A stretch of 64,000 nucleotides of DNA, taken from contig NC_045697.1 of the NCBI RefSeq assembly GCF_009834535.1, positions 45,944,001-46,008,000 on the forward strand, read 5' to 3'. The position numbers were made by a program, and so were the translations under genes. The notes under the pieces are model-generated. The model was not told where the DNA came from. It did no database searches and saw nothing but the letters and a program-made list of their open reading frames with translations. The DNA is from Camelus ferus (taxonomy: Eukaryota). Below, piece after piece: positions 63,433 to 64,000 of this stretch (position 1 is the stretch's first letter; every line of letters starts with the position of its first letter).

Positions 63433-64000
63433 AACATTTATATAAAGAATAATAAATACATTATTGGTCTTTAGTATCAACAGAAAATTAAGAGATGCTT
63501 GTGGAAATTAATACATGAACCTTCGTTTCTATATTCAGCTCCATCACCTGTCTTGGTTTTACCTGGGCTTTATCTCTAAATTTTGTCTCAACAGACTTCT
63601 GCCAAAGATCCAGTCCAATTCTATGCTTCTAGCTGACTGTATTCTTCCAACAAGGCAGTGTCGTCCAGAAAGAAAGCAAAAAATTTATGAGGTTTTTAAA
63701 TATCTGCTGCCCTTTAACTTCTGCAAGGGTACTATTCTGAATCTTTTTTTAAAATCCAGTGAATCATGAGTACAAACCTATCAGAATGGACACCAGACCA
63801 TGAAAGGCCAGGTACATGTTTAATAAACAGCTCTGGCAGGAATGTAGGCGACAGTTTGTAGAAATTGCCAACTTGTGAATGCTCCTACCATGTTCTATTT
63901 CAAGCTATCAATGAACCTGGAAGAGTTACGCAGAATTGCCTCTTTTGAGGCAATACCAAGAATTGAAAAACAAAGACTAAAATCCCTAAGATTTTGACCT

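Noticed and set aside
63515..63769. 84-aa ORF and coding-looking unique DNA at the window end
   Set aside because: No recognisable protein in the three + strand frames, which have frequent stops. No splice context.

Overview
AT-rich mammalian genomic DNA with no CpG island, no intact protein-coding ORF that I recognise, and no rRNA, tRNA or CRISPR. A large part of the window is decayed interspersed repeat: L1 (including a ~4.3 kb ORF2-containing copy at ~49.9-54.2 kb), L2, MIR, about 15 ERV/MaLR LTRs, and Tigger/hAT DNA transposons. A young L1 3' end at 22307-22522 resembles what I recall as the camelid L1 (L1-1_Vpa type), and I saw no Alu, B1, SINEC or BovA/BovB, so the source is probably a camelid (inference). 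LTRs and L1s lie mostly on the + strand, which suggests a large intron of a gene transcribed on the - strand. The best non-repeat signals are: a splice-site-flanked 81-nt segment at 3045-3125 (-) ending in ATG GAA G; candidate 20-35-nt microexons upstream of it, one with a stem-loop at its donor; a strong 47-nt + strand non-coding exon candidate; a near-perfect ~115-bp tandem duplication; and several enhancer-like motif clusters. I could not name the host gene. I found no convincing novel biological system, and the findings are modest, testable hypotheses. Repeat family names come from recalled consensus sequences, and boundaries are approximate unless a TSD is given.
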